64,000 nucleotides of DNA from Negaprion brevirostris (lineage: Eukaryota). The translations under genes were made by a program, and so were the position numbers. Numbering within the stretch: position 1 is the first letter of the stretch; every line of letters begins with the position of its first letter. The stretch spans positions 102,774,539-102,838,538 of the forward strand of contig JARDVH010000001.1 in the NCBI GenBank assembly GCA_030324005.1, written 5' to 3'. Positions 63,586 through 64,000 of the stretch are shown piece by piece. The notes under the pieces are model-generated. The model was not told where the DNA came from and ran no database searches. It saw nothing but the letters and a program-made list of their open reading frames with translations.

Positions 63586-63699
63586 GCCGGAATTCTACTG
63601 GCCCACCCGCCGCAGGATCGCAGCAGACAATGGAAATATCCATTGACCTCAGGCAGAATTTTCCGGTCTCAGGTTGCACGAGGCCACAAGATCCCACCC
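63586..63699. mobile_element. Harbinger-type MITE nested in Gypsy pol
   Basis: GCCGGAATTCTAC ... AAGATCCCACCC; similar to 12612-12735; CAT on both flanks. Confidence 0.7.
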
Positions 63700-64000
63700 A
63701 TGCAACTGAAGGCTTTTTGATGTGACTTCTCGGTTACACAAGTATTACTGTTCATTGATAATAGTCATTAATATGTCATCAAGGTAGCATTGTATCCCCT
63801 GTAGGCTGCTCAAGGTCCATGGGCGGTTGAAATAAAGCAGGTACTGAAGTTATCACAAAATGTAATCTCCAATTGCAGAATAGGCCTGTGTGCGTTATGC
63901 TGATGAGCAGGTGTTGAGATTCAACTGCAACATTCAGTTGCAGGTAGGCCTACGATAAGTCAATTTTGCTGAACTTCTGACCGCTTGCTAAGCCAGCAAA

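Larger units (their letters stand above)
62457..64000 (-). mobile_element. decayed Ty3/Gypsy pol (RT and integrase; RNase H deleted); continues beyond window
   Basis: RT: GQKFSKIDLS*AYLQL..THTGLF..RLHFVITSVPALFQ..CYLDDILMT; IN: LEQLHEGHPSVIRMKEFARSYFWWPGLD..LHPWEW..IDAHSKW..IVSDNRPQFT..SAPYHPSMRGLAEK..VQTEDGLVWK*HANQL. Confidence 0.95.

Noticed and set aside
1-64000. Prokaryotic systems (CRISPR arrays, operons, rRNA)
   Set aside because: No regularly spaced repeats, dense ORFs or rRNA motifs; the sequence is vertebrate repeat-rich DNA.

Overview
This window is repeat-rich, AT-rich eukaryotic DNA, very probably from a shark (elasmobranch). The inference rests on about 13 HE1/V-SINE-type tRNA-derived SINEs, HER1/CR1 LINE fragments and DeuSINE-like copies. 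It comes from a draft assembly with 11 N-gaps. I can support no intact protein-coding gene, so the window looks intergenic or intronic. Recognisable content: CR1, CR1-Zenon-like, L2, RTE and possible Penelope LINE relics; a decayed Gypsy element (RT, integrase, PPT and 3' LTR) at the right end; a second RT plus degenerate RNase-H (tether-like) pol relic at 28.6-30 kb; several solo-LTR-like segments; PIF/Harbinger transposase and Myb/SANT relics with many related MITEs; a tRNA-Ser(AGA) pseudogene; and a C2H2 zinc-finger pseudogene. The most notable oddities are a tRNA-Ser pseudogene abutting duplicated LINE 3' tails, SINE tail swapping with partner LINE tails visible in the same window, the retrovirus-like tether relic, and three local inverted duplications or palindromes inside dead transposons. 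I found no convincing wholly new biological system. Family names come from recalled motifs, not database searches, and repeat boundaries are approximate.
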